Shown in pieces: positions 1 through 10,660 of a stretch of 64,000 bases of DNA. This DNA comes from an uncultured Ignavibacteriales bacterium (GTDB lineage: Bacteria > Zixibacteria > MSB-5A5 > GN15 > FEB-12). Numbering within the stretch: position 1 is the stretch's first letter; each line of letters begins with the position of its first letter. The stretch spans positions 62,001 through 126,000 of the forward strand of contig CAYXJN010000007.1 in NCBI GenBank assembly GCA_964464605.1, given 5' to 3'. The notes below the pieces were generated by a model. It saw nothing but the letters and a program-made list of their open reading frames with translations. It made no database searches and was not told the origin of the DNA. Made by a program: the position numbers and the translations under genes.

Positions 1-2191
1 CCATCGACACACCGTTAACCTTGAAGGATGCGCTGCCGGTTGAGGTCTGATTGACAACTACCGTATACCACGTTGCAGTGGAGATGGCGGAGTTGACGGT
101 CAAACGTACCGTATTGGTACCGCCGACACGTTCATAAATGCGCCAACGATCGTTCAGATCATCCCCTTCAACGAAACGGTAGTTATTTGCATCGATGTAA
201 GAGAAAATAATGCGCGCGTTACGCTGCGTACGGCCGGTGTTCATGCGCACATCACACTGGATTGAAAGTGAAGTAAACGCACCAAACGGCGAAGTTCGCT
301 TGGCATCATTGGTATTGGAATTACCGGTCACGATGCCGCTTGCTGCCGACCAGGTACCGGTGCTGTTAACCCAATTGGTGATATTGTTGTCATTGAAATC
401 ATCACACGATGCCGGCGGCGGGGTGTTGACGGTAATATAGTTTGTTTTCACTTCGGCATCAGAACCGGCGGTGTTGGTCGCCGTTAAGGTCACAGTGTAG
501 GTACCAGGGGTTGAATACACATGCGACGGATTCTGCGAAGTTGAGGTACCGAGATCACCAAAGTCCCAGCTCCATGAAGTCGGGCCGTTGGTTGATTGAT
601 CGGTAAAGTTAACCGTCAGCGGAGCGTTGCCCGAAAGAGGTGAACCGACAAACTGCGCAACCGGTGCAACCGGCGGAGCGCCAGCATTGACCGCGGCGTT
701 CGCATTCACGCGACCGGTACCCATTTTGCCAATATCACTCGCAGCAAGCGTGCCGTCGATATTGTCGGCTTTGGCTAACAAAGTATCACGAACCTGAGTG
801 GCTGTCCAGGTCGGATGTTTCGACCAGACCAGCGCCGCAACACCGGCGGTAATCGGCGTCGCCATTGATGTACCACTGATCGCTGCAACATAATCGTTGG
901 CAGCATCAGCATGATCATGATAATCAGAAAGAATGTTCGTCCCCGGCGCGGAAATATCGACCCAAGTACCGTACGAAGAGAAATTCGCACGACGACCAAG
1001 TGTATCTAAAGCGGCCACCGAAATAATATCGGTGCGGGCAGTCATATAATCAGTGGTCTGATTATTGGCATTGCCAGCCGCTTTGAAGATAAGGCCACCG
1101 TTAGCTAAGAAAGCATCAACCGCAGCGCCTAAACCGCCGCTATTGGAAGCACCCCAGCTACAGGAGGCGATTTTTGCGCCTTTAATGCGGGCATAGTTGA
1201 AGGCCTGTGCGGCAAAGTCCATACGGACAAAACCGACTTCCTGTCCGCCGGATGGGGCGGAATAACCGATACGAAGCGACATCACCCGTGCCCCATTGCC
1301 ACGAACCGGTAACGTTCCGCCGTTGAAACCGCCGGCAACTCCGGCAGTACCGAAACCATCATTAGTTAATCCAGCAACATTACCCGCGCAGTGAGTGCCG
1401 TGACCGTTAAAGTCACGCGGATCGTTATCGGCAGTTGAACAATCTTCACCTGACCAGCAACCGGTCACGCCGGTAACGAAATCCCAGCCTACCCAGTCAT
1501 CCGTAAAGCCGTTACCATCGTCGTCGACACCGGCTGTACCGTTTAATTCCTGCTGGTTAAGCCACAGATTACCGCGTGATGCAGTCGGGTTTGTCGACGA
1601 TGCATTCGCACCACCTAAATCTTTGTGATAATAGCGGACGCCGGAATCCATGAGCGCGACGACGACATTGGAATCACCGTCTTCTGAGTCCCACGCCTCG
1701 GGAGTATCGATATCCTGATCGTTCGCACGGCTATGATGCCACTGCTGGCTGAAGAAACCGTCATTCGGAACGGCGAAAACAGAGTGAATACCGATCGGTT
1801 CGACATGATCGACCAATGGGTTTTTCTCGTATGCGGCCATAGCGTCTTCAAGCGTTCCATTTTCAAATTTTACGGTATAGTAGCGGGCAAGCTCACCAGT
1901 CGCGGAGGCATACCCTTCAATCGTACCGACGAATTGCTTTTGTAAACGGGAAGTTGCAAATTGCTCGGAGATCGCATCGAATGAGGCATCGCCGATTTTA
2001 ACCACTGCGTTCTGGGCCATGGAAACTTTCAGTCTGCCGACATCAGCTTTCATGACAATGATAAATTCATTGGGGACCCAGCCCACAAAAGACGGTTGAT
2101 CGATTTGACGGTCAACCTGTTTGAATCCGATTGCCTGAGCCAATGAGGCTAACAGGACAACACTCAGAAATGTGAGGAGCAACTTTTTCAT
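1..2191 (-). CDS. Secreted S8 (subtilisin-like) serine peptidase with PKD domain; 3' end runs off the window
   Basis: Not in the ORF track because it is truncated. Manual translation from ATG 2191: MKKLLLTFLSVVLLA signal, catalytic motifs VVALMDSG, GHGTHCAG, AAGN and SGTSMATP, then a PKD motif (SWSWDFGD...HVYSTPGTYTVTLT). Confidence 0.92.
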   Translation of the reverse strand, partial: MKKLLLTFLSVVLLASLAQAIGFKQVDRQIDQPSFVGWVPNEFIIVMKADVGRLKVSMAQNAVVKIGDASFDAISEQFATSRLQKQFVGTIEGYASATGELARYYTVKFENGTLEDAMAAYEKNPLVDHVEPIGIHSVFAVPNDGFFSQQWHHSRANDQDIDTPEAWDSEDGDSNVVVALMDSGVRYYHKDLGGANASSTNPTASRGNLWLNQQELNGTAGVDDDGNGFTDDWVGWDFVTGVTGCWSGEDCSTADNDPRDFNGHGTHCAGNVAGLTNDGFGTAGVAGGFNGGTLPVRGNGARVMSLRIGYSAPSGGQEVGFVRMDFAAQAFNYARIKGAKIASCSWGASNSGGLGAAVDAFLANGGLIFKAAGNANNQTTDYMTARTDIISVAALDTLGRRANFSSYGTWVDISAPGTNILSDYHDHADAANDYVAAISGTSMATPITAGVAALVWSKHPTWTATQVRDTLLAKADNIDGTLAASDIGKMGTGRVNANAAVNAGAPPVAPVAQFVGSPLSGNAPLTVNFTDQSTNGPTSWSWDFGDLGTSTSQNPSHVYSTPGTYTVTLTATNTAGSDAEVKTNYITVNTPPPASCDDFNDNNITNWVNSTGTWSAASGIVTGNSNTNDAKRTSPFGAFTSLSIQCDVRMNTGRTQRNARIIFSYIDANNYRFVEGDDLNDRWRIYERVGGTNTVRLTVNSAISTATWYTVVVNQTSTGSASFKVNGVSM

Positions 2192-2551
2192 AGTCTCTCC
2201 GAGTTGTGAGGTTTAAGACATTAGTTATGTGGTAATTTTTTAATCTGCGTCTGGTGAGCAATATTCGGATGTTCTGCCCTTTTCCCTCCTCTGCGTTCCG
2301 ATCGCATTATCTATTTTGCGATACATAGTTCCCTCATATGTTTTCAGTGATACCGAAACCAGATTATTTAGCGCGATTGCAGTGTCACTAACGGTCATTG
2401 CAGACGGAGAATTCAGGATGGGGCAGAGCGAGTCAATAATTTTTTATCATTTGTGAAATTATATCACACACTGACTGACAGTATGTGAAAAACGTCACGT
2501 CTATATACGACAAACACATTGCCCGACTGCTAATTAACAAATACGATACTG

Positions 2552-3973
2552 TTATTTGGGAGAAAAGGCCTGGACCAAATTAAATTGCCCGGGACTGACG
2601 GTTACCTGCGGCATAATCCGGCGCTCGATTTCGCTGCCATAGGAATCAAGAAAGGAAACGGTTACATCGTACGTACCCGGCTCAACCTGAAAATCAGCTA
2701 TCTGTACACGACCGGGCAAATATTGTGTGGTGCGCAAATCTGCTGCTTCGGATAAATCGGTTACAACATCGACCAACGCCTTTTTCAACCACCCGCCCAG
2801 CCCGTCATCTTTCACTTTTGATTTTTGCTGATGATTGATAAGCCCCTTCGCAACTGCACGCGCGACGGAGCGCAGATAGATCAGCGAACGCTTCGCTTCG
2901 AATGTTTCCTTCGCTACTGTCGTAATATCCTCTATCAGTGAAAGTTCACCGAGCAGCTTTCCGTTTGCGCTTGCGCGCACTTTTGAAATGGCGGAAGCGC
3001 GTCCGGCAACGCGGGGAATCGCAAATTCAAAAAAATAATCCTCTTTCACGTTCATCGGCAGGTGACCGTACTCTACTTCTTTGTTCTCACTATCGGTATA
3101 GAGTATCTGCACAAGATCAAGCTGCTTGTCGGTTCTTAGGCGTAAGGTGAATGCTTCTTTCGTCGGTGCAAGACCGGATAAACCGACGACGCTCAAAATC
3201 GCTTTGCCGCTGTCGGCACTGTAACGAACATCCGGCGGCGTGAAATTATAAATATGGGGCTGGGTGACGAAAGCTTCTTTGAGCAAATCATGATCGATAC
3301 GGGCATCATCATACTTCCCTGCCTGCGCGTACAGATGCATACTCAGCCAGCGGGCAAAGGCATCATTGTTAAAGCGGACTTCTTTTGACTGATAATCAAT
3401 GTTTATCTGATTGGTGTCTTTATCAGCCCCTTCGCGCAGCATCCGGGCGGCTTCGTTATACTTCTGCTCAAGTAGTTCGAGCTTCAGATTGGCACGTCGG
3501 ATTTCAACAAAGGAACCTTCAACATCTTTCTTCTGTAAGTAGGCCAGCGCACAAATGAGATTGGAATAGAGGATTTCATAATCCTCTCCGGCATATTCAA
3601 GCACGTTGTCATTTAACAGCAGTGATACGGCAGCCCGGCGGATACTTTTGGTAAAGAGTTCTTCAGCAGCACTTTCTCCGGCCTGTAAGCGAAGAATACT
3701 GCTGTCGTAATCACCGGCGTAGTAATGCAGCAAACCGGCATCAAGATAATAGAGTAACCGGTCTTTTGCCGGAAACTTTCCATCGGTGTACGCCTTTTCA
3801 AGCTTTTCCGCTGCAGCCAGCGTGTTACCGCTTTTTAGTTCGGCAGTTACCGGTTCATAGTGTTTGCGCTGCGTTTCAAGATTGGCACAGCCGGCACAAA
3901 GCAGGAGAAAAACCGTCACGCTGAAAAACGTGACGGTTTGTATGAGACTTTTTGTTTTCGACAAGACTACCAC
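2552..3973 (-). CDS. COG3014-like TPR lipoprotein
   Basis: Lipobox (CAGC), helical repeats, YAGEDYE motif and C-terminal ADLR..QYLP motif; sits downstream of an LpoB-like gene, the usual context. Confidence 0.7.
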   Translation of the reverse strand: MVVLSKTKSLIQTVTFFSVTVFLLLCAGCANLETQRKHYEPVTAELKSGNTLAAAEKLEKAYTDGKFPAKDRLLYYLDAGLLHYYAGDYDSSILRLQAGESAAEELFTKSIRRAAVSLLLNDNVLEYAGEDYEILYSNLICALAYLQKKDVEGSFVEIRRANLKLELLEQKYNEAARMLREGADKDTNQINIDYQSKEVRFNNDAFARWLSMHLYAQAGKYDDARIDHDLLKEAFVTQPHIYNFTPPDVRYSADSGKAILSVVGLSGLAPTKEAFTLRLRTDKQLDLVQILYTDSENKEVEYGHLPMNVKEDYFFEFAIPRVAGRASAISKVRASANGKLLGELSLIEDITTVAKETFEAKRSLIYLRSVARAVAKGLINHQQKSKVKDDGLGGWLKKALVDVVTDLSEAADLRTTQYLPGRVQIADFQVEPGTYDVTVSFLDSYGSEIERRIMPQVTVSPGQFNLVQAFSPK

Positions 3974-4563
3974 TTACGATTGTTCATGGAAATCCCCTTT
4001 TTGATTTCCTTCTGTCCAATCCAGACTTTTTCGTTCGTTTCGATATTGATCAATTCAAAGTTGGTCTGATAGAAAATCGTCGAGTTTTTGTCTTCCTGAT
4101 CGGTGATAGACTGAATCGAACCGAGCAGCACAAAGTCGGCGCCAGTTTCGTTGCGGATCTGCTTCATCGTTTCTTTGGATGCCCATTCTGCCTGATCCTG
4201 ACGTTCATCCCGCACTTCATCCCGCTGTGTCTTACGCGCGACAAAACGAACTTTGCCGGAGTTAAGCAGTTCACGTTCGAAATCAATGGTGAACGCATCA
4301 GTATCGATATGCTCGCTCGTGTTGTTCTTAATTCCGCCGACAGTCACGATAGGCTTGGCGGATTTCCCGACCATCCAATCGGTCAGCCACGGACGGTCCA
4401 GCGCATCGGTGGTCATTTCTTTCGCGACTAAACGGGCATCGGTGTCATTCCAGCGACCGCTTAAGTCAGTCTGGGTTTCCGGGTCGATACGGGTTACGGT
4501 CTTTGATTTGCCGCAGCCGAGTGCGATGGCAGCAAGAACTACCAAAAGAAATGCGTACTTCAT
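3967..4563 (-). CDS. Penicillin-binding protein activator LpoB-like (CsgG-related) lipoprotein
   Basis: Lipobox ALGC; motifs DLSGRWNDTD, NNTSEHIDT, GADFVLLGSI and ETNEKVW. Start trimmed to MKYAFL. Confidence 0.8.
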   Translation of the reverse strand: MKYAFLLVVLAAIALGCGKSKTVTRIDPETQTDLSGRWNDTDARLVAKEMTTDALDRPWLTDWMVGKSAKPIVTVGGIKNNTSEHIDTDAFTIDFERELLNSGKVRFVARKTQRDEVRDERQDQAEWASKETMKQIRNETGADFVLLGSIQSITDQEDKNSTIFYQTNFELINIETNEKVWIGQKEIKKGISMNNRKW

Positions 4564-4704
4564 GGAAAACTCCTTATTCCTATGTTCTTCGTTACTCATG
4601 TTCAGTAAAAAGCGCCGGATTAAGTATACGATTACGAAGCAAATGCGGGCAAGTTTCAAATCCGTTCAGCTTGCCTTACCGCGTTATTCACCCGATACTT
4701 GCAC

Positions 4705-5487
4705 ATGTCAAAAATCCCTGTTAAGGCGGTTACCCTTGCCGATCGACCTGATTTACAACCCGCAGTCGATGCCCTGACAACCGCCGGATGGCCGACCTTC
4801 ATGATGAAGGATGCCGTTTCGAAAATGTACTGGAACGAATTAGGCACAACGTTCGGCGTGTTTCAAACACTCTTGCTACGAGAAACAGATGAACGCCTGA
4901 TCGCCGTCGCCAACAGCGTACCGCTGTTTTATAACGGTAACTTAGAAAATCTTCCGGATGCCGGCTGGGACTGGGCTTTGGAAACCGGATGCGAACAACG
5001 AAAACAAAGCATTGCGCCGAATATGCTGTCGGCCTTACAGGTTTTTATCGACCCTGAGTTTCGCGGGATGGGTGTCAGTACGGTTATGCTTTCGCTCATG
5101 AAGATTCCCGCACAGGAAATGGGCTTGAAGCATCTGATTGCACCGGTCAGGCCGCCGCTGAAATCATTGTATCCATACGTTTCGATGGATGAATTTATAA
5201 CCTGGAAAAATCGGACAGGACATTCGCTCGATGCCTGGATTCGCACCCATGAAAAAAACGGCGCGGAGATTGTTTCCGTGTGCCATCGTTCCTTTGTCGT
5301 CGAAGCGCCGATTGCTGATTGGGAAGCCTGGACAAACAGAAGTTTTCAGGGTGAAAAGCAGATCATTTTACCGGAAGCGCTTACTCCGATTACAGTCGAT
5401 CATGCCGCCCAAACCGCAGCTTACATAGAGCCGAATGTCTGGATGCTGCACCCCGTCGAAGCCCGCTACCAGGCTGAGGCGGGCTGA
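4705..5487 (+). CDS. GNAT-family N-acetyltransferase-like protein
   Basis: Acetyl-CoA motif IDPEFRGMGVS; APVRP, DAWIRTH and YIEPNVW segments. Confidence 0.75.
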   Translation: MSKIPVKAVTLADRPDLQPAVDALTTAGWPTFMMKDAVSKMYWNELGTTFGVFQTLLLRETDERLIAVANSVPLFYNGNLENLPDAGWDWALETGCEQRKQSIAPNMLSALQVFIDPEFRGMGVSTVMLSLMKIPAQEMGLKHLIAPVRPPLKSLYPYVSMDEFITWKNRTGHSLDAWIRTHEKNGAEIVSVCHRSFVVEAPIADWEAWTNRSFQGEKQIILPEALTPITVDHAAQTAAYIEPNVWMLHPVEARYQAEAG

Positions 5488-5736
5488 TAACAGCCCGGAA
5501 AGAGGCAGCAACTCCTTGCCCTGCTTATTTTTACCAAAAGCGATGTTTTTGCTGTTTCCTTTTGAAAAAATGCCGATATATTAGGGCATGAAGTTCACTG
5601 TTCCCGTTCATTAATGTCTTTTGTTGGGTCGTCCTTGTCTGATGTTTTCCACCAAGCTTAATGAGGTAACGTTGCGCAATAATGCGCGTTGGTCTATTGC
5701 GTCCGGCCTACTGGACGCGAGCTATGGAGTTCTTTC

Positions 5737-6078
5737 ATGAACATCTATGTCGGCAATCTGTCGTACCGTACGACAGAAGATTCACTTCGTCAGGCCTTTG
5801 CCCAGTACGGCACGGTCTCATCCTGCAACATCGTCAAAGACAAATTCAGCGGCGAATCCCGCGGCTTCGGATTTGTTGAAATGTCCTCAAAGGACGAAGC
5901 GATGGCTGCATTGACCGGTCTTAATGGCGCGTCGCTTGATGGCCGCAACATCAACGTCAACGAGGCTCGCCCTCGTGAAGAAGGTGCTGGTGGTGGCGGT
6001 GGTGGACGTCGTGATCGCGGTGGCGATCGTGGCGGCCGCGGTGGAGATCGTCATTCATCAGGCAATCGTCGTTTCTAA
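5737..6078 (+). CDS. RRM-domain RNA-binding protein with Gly/Arg-rich tail
   Basis: RNP2 IYVGNL, RNP1 RGFGFVEM, VNEARPRE, followed by an RGG tail. Confidence 0.95.
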   Translation: MNIYVGNLSYRTTEDSLRQAFAQYGTVSSCNIVKDKFSGESRGFGFVEMSSKDEAMAALTGLNGASLDGRNINVNEARPREEGAGGGGGGRRDRGGDRGGRGGDRHSSGNRRF

Positions 6079-6095
6079 TCAAACCGATGAAAAAC

Positions 6096-6128
6096 AAAAA
6101 ACCGGCTTCGTACGAAGCCGGTTTTTTT
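6096..6128. terminator. Bidirectional intrinsic terminator
   Basis: aaaaaaccggcttcg-ta-cgaagccggttttttt between convergent genes. Confidence 0.85.
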
Positions 6129-6147
6129 ATTGAAACAATCAAGCCAG

Positions 6148-7767
6148 TTATGGGCAGCTCGGCGGGTTAGGGCCGCTATTGAACAAATACTGTACTAAAT
6201 AGGTCAGGTCGGCAACCGTAACGTTTTCGTTGGCATCACCATTCACATTTGCTTCTTCCGTGCATGAAGGTGCTGCCCCCTGATTAAACAAATACTGAAC
6301 CAAAAATGTTAAATCTGCTACGGTAATACCACCGGACATATTCACATTTCCCCGCACTCCGGCGCAGCAGGTTTCATTTGGGTCAAATCCATCTATGCCT
6401 ACAACGTTTGTCGTATCCGGGTCAAGCCAGTATTTTAGCTGTAGGTTGCTATTTGAATAATAGTTCCATGCTCGTTTAAAGCTTCCGAAATATCCGGTTT
6501 GTCTTGAAGAGTCACAAATAGTACTATCATTAGGAAAAGCGGTTGAGTGATTTCCAATTACTCTTTTATCATCGTCAAATAAGGGTGCACCTGATGAACC
6601 GCCTTCCACTATTCCTGTTTGTCCCGATGTTAAACGATACGCTGTTCTCCACCTATAGTATGTACTGAACCAAGGAATTGCGTTAGAATCATCAAAAGAA
6701 ATCTTTTTAACATCGCCCATTGGGTGATGAATACTAACAGTTGCTGTAGGAGGAGTCGTGTCGGAAGACCAACCGGCAAAGTAAGGGTTGTATGCTAGAG
6801 GCACATTATCATCAAGTAACAGAAGCATATTATCTGCCCCATCAATTTGCTCGATTCTTGCTTTAAGCGTTGCGCCCTGCAATGATTGATTCAATGTACC
6901 ATCATGAGTTGAATCGCAATCAAAAGTTAAGGAGTCGACAATGCGTGGCTCGTAATTAAAATAGAAAATCCAATCACTAAGAGTATCTTGAGCAGTTAAG
7001 CAATGTGCAGCTGTTAAGATGTAAGGCGTAAGGTCTTCGTTGACATTGTTGATTGTCACTCCACTACAAAATCTAGTATTACCTTTTACAGTGAAAAGTA
7101 TAACGGCTCGTACTTGTTCTCTCCATCCATCAGCTTCCGGGCAACTTGTATTAATATGGCACGGTAGGGCATCTCCAAAGTTTTTATCAACGGGAGCAAT
7201 GCCTCTATATCCATGGACAATACTTGAAATCTCGATTGTTCCCTTTGATGCGCCCAAGGGCTCGAAGTATTCCAAGATGACCTCGTTTGCGCGAACTATA
7301 CCTGTTGCAAATGTCCCTTCATTTTTATTGTTGTTATGGGTAAATGCACCAATGACATGCATAGTATCATTAGGATTATAAATGAAAAATTTCCCCCCAA
7401 CTGGTAATTCAAAAGCAGCGTAATTGATATTTATGGTTCTTGCACCTTGCGTCACAATTCGTAAGCGCCATAAATAGCCGCTTTCTAATGTATCCCACGT
7501 TCCGGAATTCTCAAGGGTCAAATCGACCGGTATAGCAATACCGAATCTGAACGGCAGCCCTTCCGCCTGTTCCATTGCATCAACTTCTAATATGGAATCA
7601 ACGTTTAACGCCGGAAGTTCTACTTCTGCGATTTCAGGATTAACCCCCAAATCATAGCTTAACGGCCTTCCACCCTCAGAAATCTGCCCGTAGCTTGCTG
7701 CATAGGATATACAGAGAAATCCTAAGACAAGCAATGGCAACGCTTTTGCTCTGAAATTGCTTTGCAT
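6148..7767 (-). CDS. Secreted lysyl-endopeptidase-like (trypsin-fold) serine protease with C-terminal dockerin-like domain
   Basis: LTAAHC, IHHPMGDVKK and GGSSGAPL motifs; duplicated GNVN..ITVADLT.LVQYLF tail. Confidence 0.88.
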   Translation of the reverse strand: MQSNFRAKALPLLVLGFLCISYAASYGQISEGGRPLSYDLGVNPEIAEVELPALNVDSILEVDAMEQAEGLPFRFGIAIPVDLTLENSGTWDTLESGYLWRLRIVTQGARTININYAAFELPVGGKFFIYNPNDTMHVIGAFTHNNNKNEGTFATGIVRANEVILEYFEPLGASKGTIEISSIVHGYRGIAPVDKNFGDALPCHINTSCPEADGWREQVRAVILFTVKGNTRFCSGVTINNVNEDLTPYILTAAHCLTAQDTLSDWIFYFNYEPRIVDSLTFDCDSTHDGTLNQSLQGATLKARIEQIDGADNMLLLLDDNVPLAYNPYFAGWSSDTTPPTATVSIHHPMGDVKKISFDDSNAIPWFSTYYRWRTAYRLTSGQTGIVEGGSSGAPLFDDDKRVIGNHSTAFPNDSTICDSSRQTGYFGSFKRAWNYYSNSNLQLKYWLDPDTTNVVGIDGFDPNETCCAGVRGNVNMSGGITVADLTFLVQYLFNQGAAPSCTEEANVNGDANENVTVADLTYLVQYLFNSGPNPPSCP

Positions 7768-7886
7768 TTCAGTCTACCTCCATTATACTGTGTTATCCGA
7801 ATGCCCTTTTGGGAGCACGTTGTTGTCTGCCCTAACAAAAAAAGTGAAACACCCTAAATTGCGAGCAAGAACAGTATAGTGACAAT

Positions 7887-9803
7887 ATGTGTCAAGTGAA
7901 ATCTCTTATTGTTCAGTTGGTCTCACATTATGCTTATCCAATAGCATTAGGTTTTCTATTACTTTTCTCAAGTTGCAATTCAAAGAATCCAGTTACGCCT
8001 ACACCGAATGGTGGAAACGGTGCGCGTTGGGTATTGCAAAATCCACTTCCAACCCATCACGCCATAAATTCGCTTTTTTTCATCGATGAGAACTACGGCT
8101 GGGCAGTTGGAGAGTATGGTACTATTATGAAAACAAGTGATGGCGGATCCACTTGGACATTGATTGAGAGTCCTATAATAGCTCATTTGTTCGATGTACA
8201 CTTCTCAGATAAAAATAATGGCTGGGCAGTGGGTTTAGCGGGAAATAAGGTTCTTCACACGGCAGATGGTGGTAAGCATTGGGAGCTACAAGAGTTAAAA
8301 AGTGAGGCTAGGCTTCACGGAGTGAGGTTTTTGGATTCACTTCATGGTTACTGTGTAGGCTGGGATAATTCATTATTCAGGACGATAGATGGCGGAACAC
8401 ATTGGGAGTTGCGAAGCACTTCTGCGAATGATATTCAAGATGAATTTGAGAGTGTTTTTTTTCTTAATTCAACTCAAGGATGGGTGGTAGGTCATAATGG
8501 GACAGTAATATGTAGCGGTGATAGTGGATTGACTTGGTCTATGTGTAGCGGTATAACTGGAGGCACTCTTGCTGATGTTGTATTTTTTGATAGCGCGAAA
8601 GGTTTTGTATACACGTTTCCCGGATATGTGATGAAAACAGTGAATGGTGGAGTCAATTGGTCAACACTTCATTATGCCCCCGGCTGGCTGCATGGAATGA
8701 GTTTTCCTGATAGTCTGAACGGTTGGATTGTGGGTGAAAGGGGATTGATTCAACATACCCCCGACGGCGGAGAAACGTGGCATTTGCAGATAACTACTCC
8801 TCCTGGATTGGCTAATTATTACTACGATGTTTTTTTTCTTAATTCACAGGTTGGGTGGATAGCCGGTGAAGGTGGCATCATCTTGAAAACCACCGATGGC
8901 GGCCAAACGTGGAATCTGTTGAGTAAAGGAACGCAGGCGAATTTGTATGGAACAGACTTTATCGGCAATCGTGGGTGGTCTGTTGGTCAGAAGGGGACAA
9001 TTTTAGTTACGAGTAACGGTGGTGATACGTGGGAACAGCAGCCGACACCAACTGAAGAAACCCTTAATGGCGTGGACTTTATCGATAGTCGAAACGGCTG
9101 GGCGGTAGGTAATCGTGGGATCATTTTACATACAGATAATGGTGGAAATACATGGACACAGCAGTATAGCTCTATCACATCACATCTATTAGCCCTACGA
9201 TTTATAGACAGTAAGAGTGGATGGGCTGTGGGAGGTGGAGGAACGATATTGAAAACAACGAATGGGGGAACAGATTGGGTCATTCAGTTTCAGGATACAT
9301 CCACTGCTTTTTATTCTGTTTTTTTTCTAAATGATTTGGAGGGTTGGGTTGCGGGTTATGAAAAAATACTTCATACCACTGATGGCGGAGTTACTTGGGA
9401 AAAACCCTCAACTTTTGCAGATGGAATGGGGATCGTTTTTCGAGATATATGCTTCTTGGATCAACAGCAAGGATTTGCAATTACCGACCCGTCAGTTCTT
9501 TTTTATACTAATGATGGTGGTAAAACTTGGGATTACACCTTGTTGAAGTATGGTGACTATTATGTGTATGCGTACTTATATTCAATTGAGTTCGTTGATG
9601 ACCAATTTGGGTGGATTGTCGGTGAAGAGTTGTTAGGTCGACAAGCGGTGATTTTTTATACTCAGGATGGCGGCCAAACATGGTTGCCTGATGATTTTAT
9701 AACCGCTAATGGGTTATATGATGTTCATTTTAATAATCGTCGTGAAGGCTGGTTAGTTGGTCAAAACGGGATGATTATTCATACCGAACAGGGTGATCGG
9801 TAA
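7887..9803 (+). CDS. YCF48/BNR-repeat beta-propeller lipoprotein
   Basis: Many GWAVG..G.I.HT.DGG.TW repeats; lipobox-like FSSC. Confidence 0.88.
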   Translation: MCQVKSLIVQLVSHYAYPIALGFLLLFSSCNSKNPVTPTPNGGNGARWVLQNPLPTHHAINSLFFIDENYGWAVGEYGTIMKTSDGGSTWTLIESPIIAHLFDVHFSDKNNGWAVGLAGNKVLHTADGGKHWELQELKSEARLHGVRFLDSLHGYCVGWDNSLFRTIDGGTHWELRSTSANDIQDEFESVFFLNSTQGWVVGHNGTVICSGDSGLTWSMCSGITGGTLADVVFFDSAKGFVYTFPGYVMKTVNGGVNWSTLHYAPGWLHGMSFPDSLNGWIVGERGLIQHTPDGGETWHLQITTPPGLANYYYDVFFLNSQVGWIAGEGGIILKTTDGGQTWNLLSKGTQANLYGTDFIGNRGWSVGQKGTILVTSNGGDTWEQQPTPTEETLNGVDFIDSRNGWAVGNRGIILHTDNGGNTWTQQYSSITSHLLALRFIDSKSGWAVGGGGTILKTTNGGTDWVIQFQDTSTAFYSVFFLNDLEGWVAGYEKILHTTDGGVTWEKPSTFADGMGIVFRDICFLDQQQGFAITDPSVLFYTNDGGKTWDYTLLKYGDYYVYAYLYSIEFVDDQFGWIVGEELLGRQAVIFYTQDGGQTWLPDDFITANGLYDVHFNNRREGWLVGQNGMIIHTEQGDR

Positions 9804-9913
9804 TTTTTTTAATTGAATATCGTCCGACGGCAAAACGGGATAATCAAAAAGCCTCATCAGGAAATCCGGATGAGGCTTAACACTAAGATATATCGACGTT
9901 CAAAAGAAGAAAC

Positions 9914-10057
9914 TTATCGCTTACGTTGCGGCCGCTTGGTCTTCGGTCGGGCGCGATGGCGAACCGAGACGGTTGCCGCTGCCGCCCGGTCGTGGTAGAG
10001 CTTTGCCGCTCCTGAAAGAAGCGCCAGCGAGGCTAATGTCCAGAGTAGCATTTTCAT
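9914..10057 (-). CDS. Small hypothetical protein (47 aa), hydrophobic N-terminus and basic tail
   Basis: GGAGG RBS, then MKMLLWTLASLALLSGAAKLYHDRAAAATVSVRHRARPKTKRPQRKR*; directly downstream of the lmo0937-like gene. Confidence 0.55.
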   Translation of the reverse strand: MKMLLWTLASLALLSGAAKLYHDRAAAATVSVRHRARPKTKRPQRKR

Positions 10058-10067
10058 CGCGTACCTC

Positions 10068-10220
10068 CTATGAAACCGGTTTCTTGCCCTGTATCAGCCG
10101 AATCAGTACGGCGGCGATGGCGATAACCAGAAGAATGTGAAGAAAGCCACCCATCGTGTACGAAGTTACCATCCCAAGTAACCACAGAATCAACAGAACG
10201 ACAAAAATCGTCCACAGCAT
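10068..10220 (-). CDS. lmo0937-family small membrane protein
   Basis: MLWTIFVVLLILWLLGMVTSYTMGGFLHILLVIAI pattern with AAGGAGG RBS. Confidence 0.85.
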   Translation of the reverse strand: MLWTIFVVLLILWLLGMVTSYTMGGFLHILLVIAIAAVLIRLIQGKKPVS

Positions 10221-10364
10221 AAAATCCTCCTTGTTAGGTTGGAAGTCTGCGAGCGCTGTAATCTTTATACACTGAACAGCAAGCGAACGATTCACGACTA
10301 AACGCAAAAAAATACCCCGCTCGGGTGACAAACGGGGTTTTGCTATTACTAGCGGGGCAACTTA

Positions 10365-10637
10365 TCAGACATGACAGATGCCACAACCAACAATGGTGTA
10401 CGAGCAGTCAAACGGCCCTTCGCACCACGGATCAGGATACCATGAATAGTACCGCCGATATTGATTAGTAGGATAGGGACAGTTGGTTGTTATCCCGGTA
10501 CACTCAGTGTAAATGTAACAGCTTGAGCATGGGTCCGGACCTGCAATCGTACTCGGTGGGAGCAGCGCGACAACGCCGACACCGATCGCAAAACTGAGCG
10601 CAACCATTATGAGCTGCAGCTTGATTGATTTCATCAC
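10365..10637 (-). CDS. Secreted Cys-rich small protein (8 Cys)
   Basis: AGGAGG RBS, hydrophobic signal, mature region with 8 Cys. Confidence 0.7.
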   Translation of the reverse strand: MMKSIKLQLIMVALSFAIGVGVVALLPPSTIAGPDPCSSCYIYTECTGITTNCPYPTNQYRRYYSWYPDPWCEGPFDCSYTIVGCGICHV

Positions 10638-10660
10638 TTCACCTCCTTGTGATTCTGTAA

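Noticed and set aside
210..1945. Short track ORFs in the first 2 kb, and the many short antisense ORFs elsewhere
   Set aside because: They are shadows of longer genes on the other strand or frame (here the S8 peptidase).
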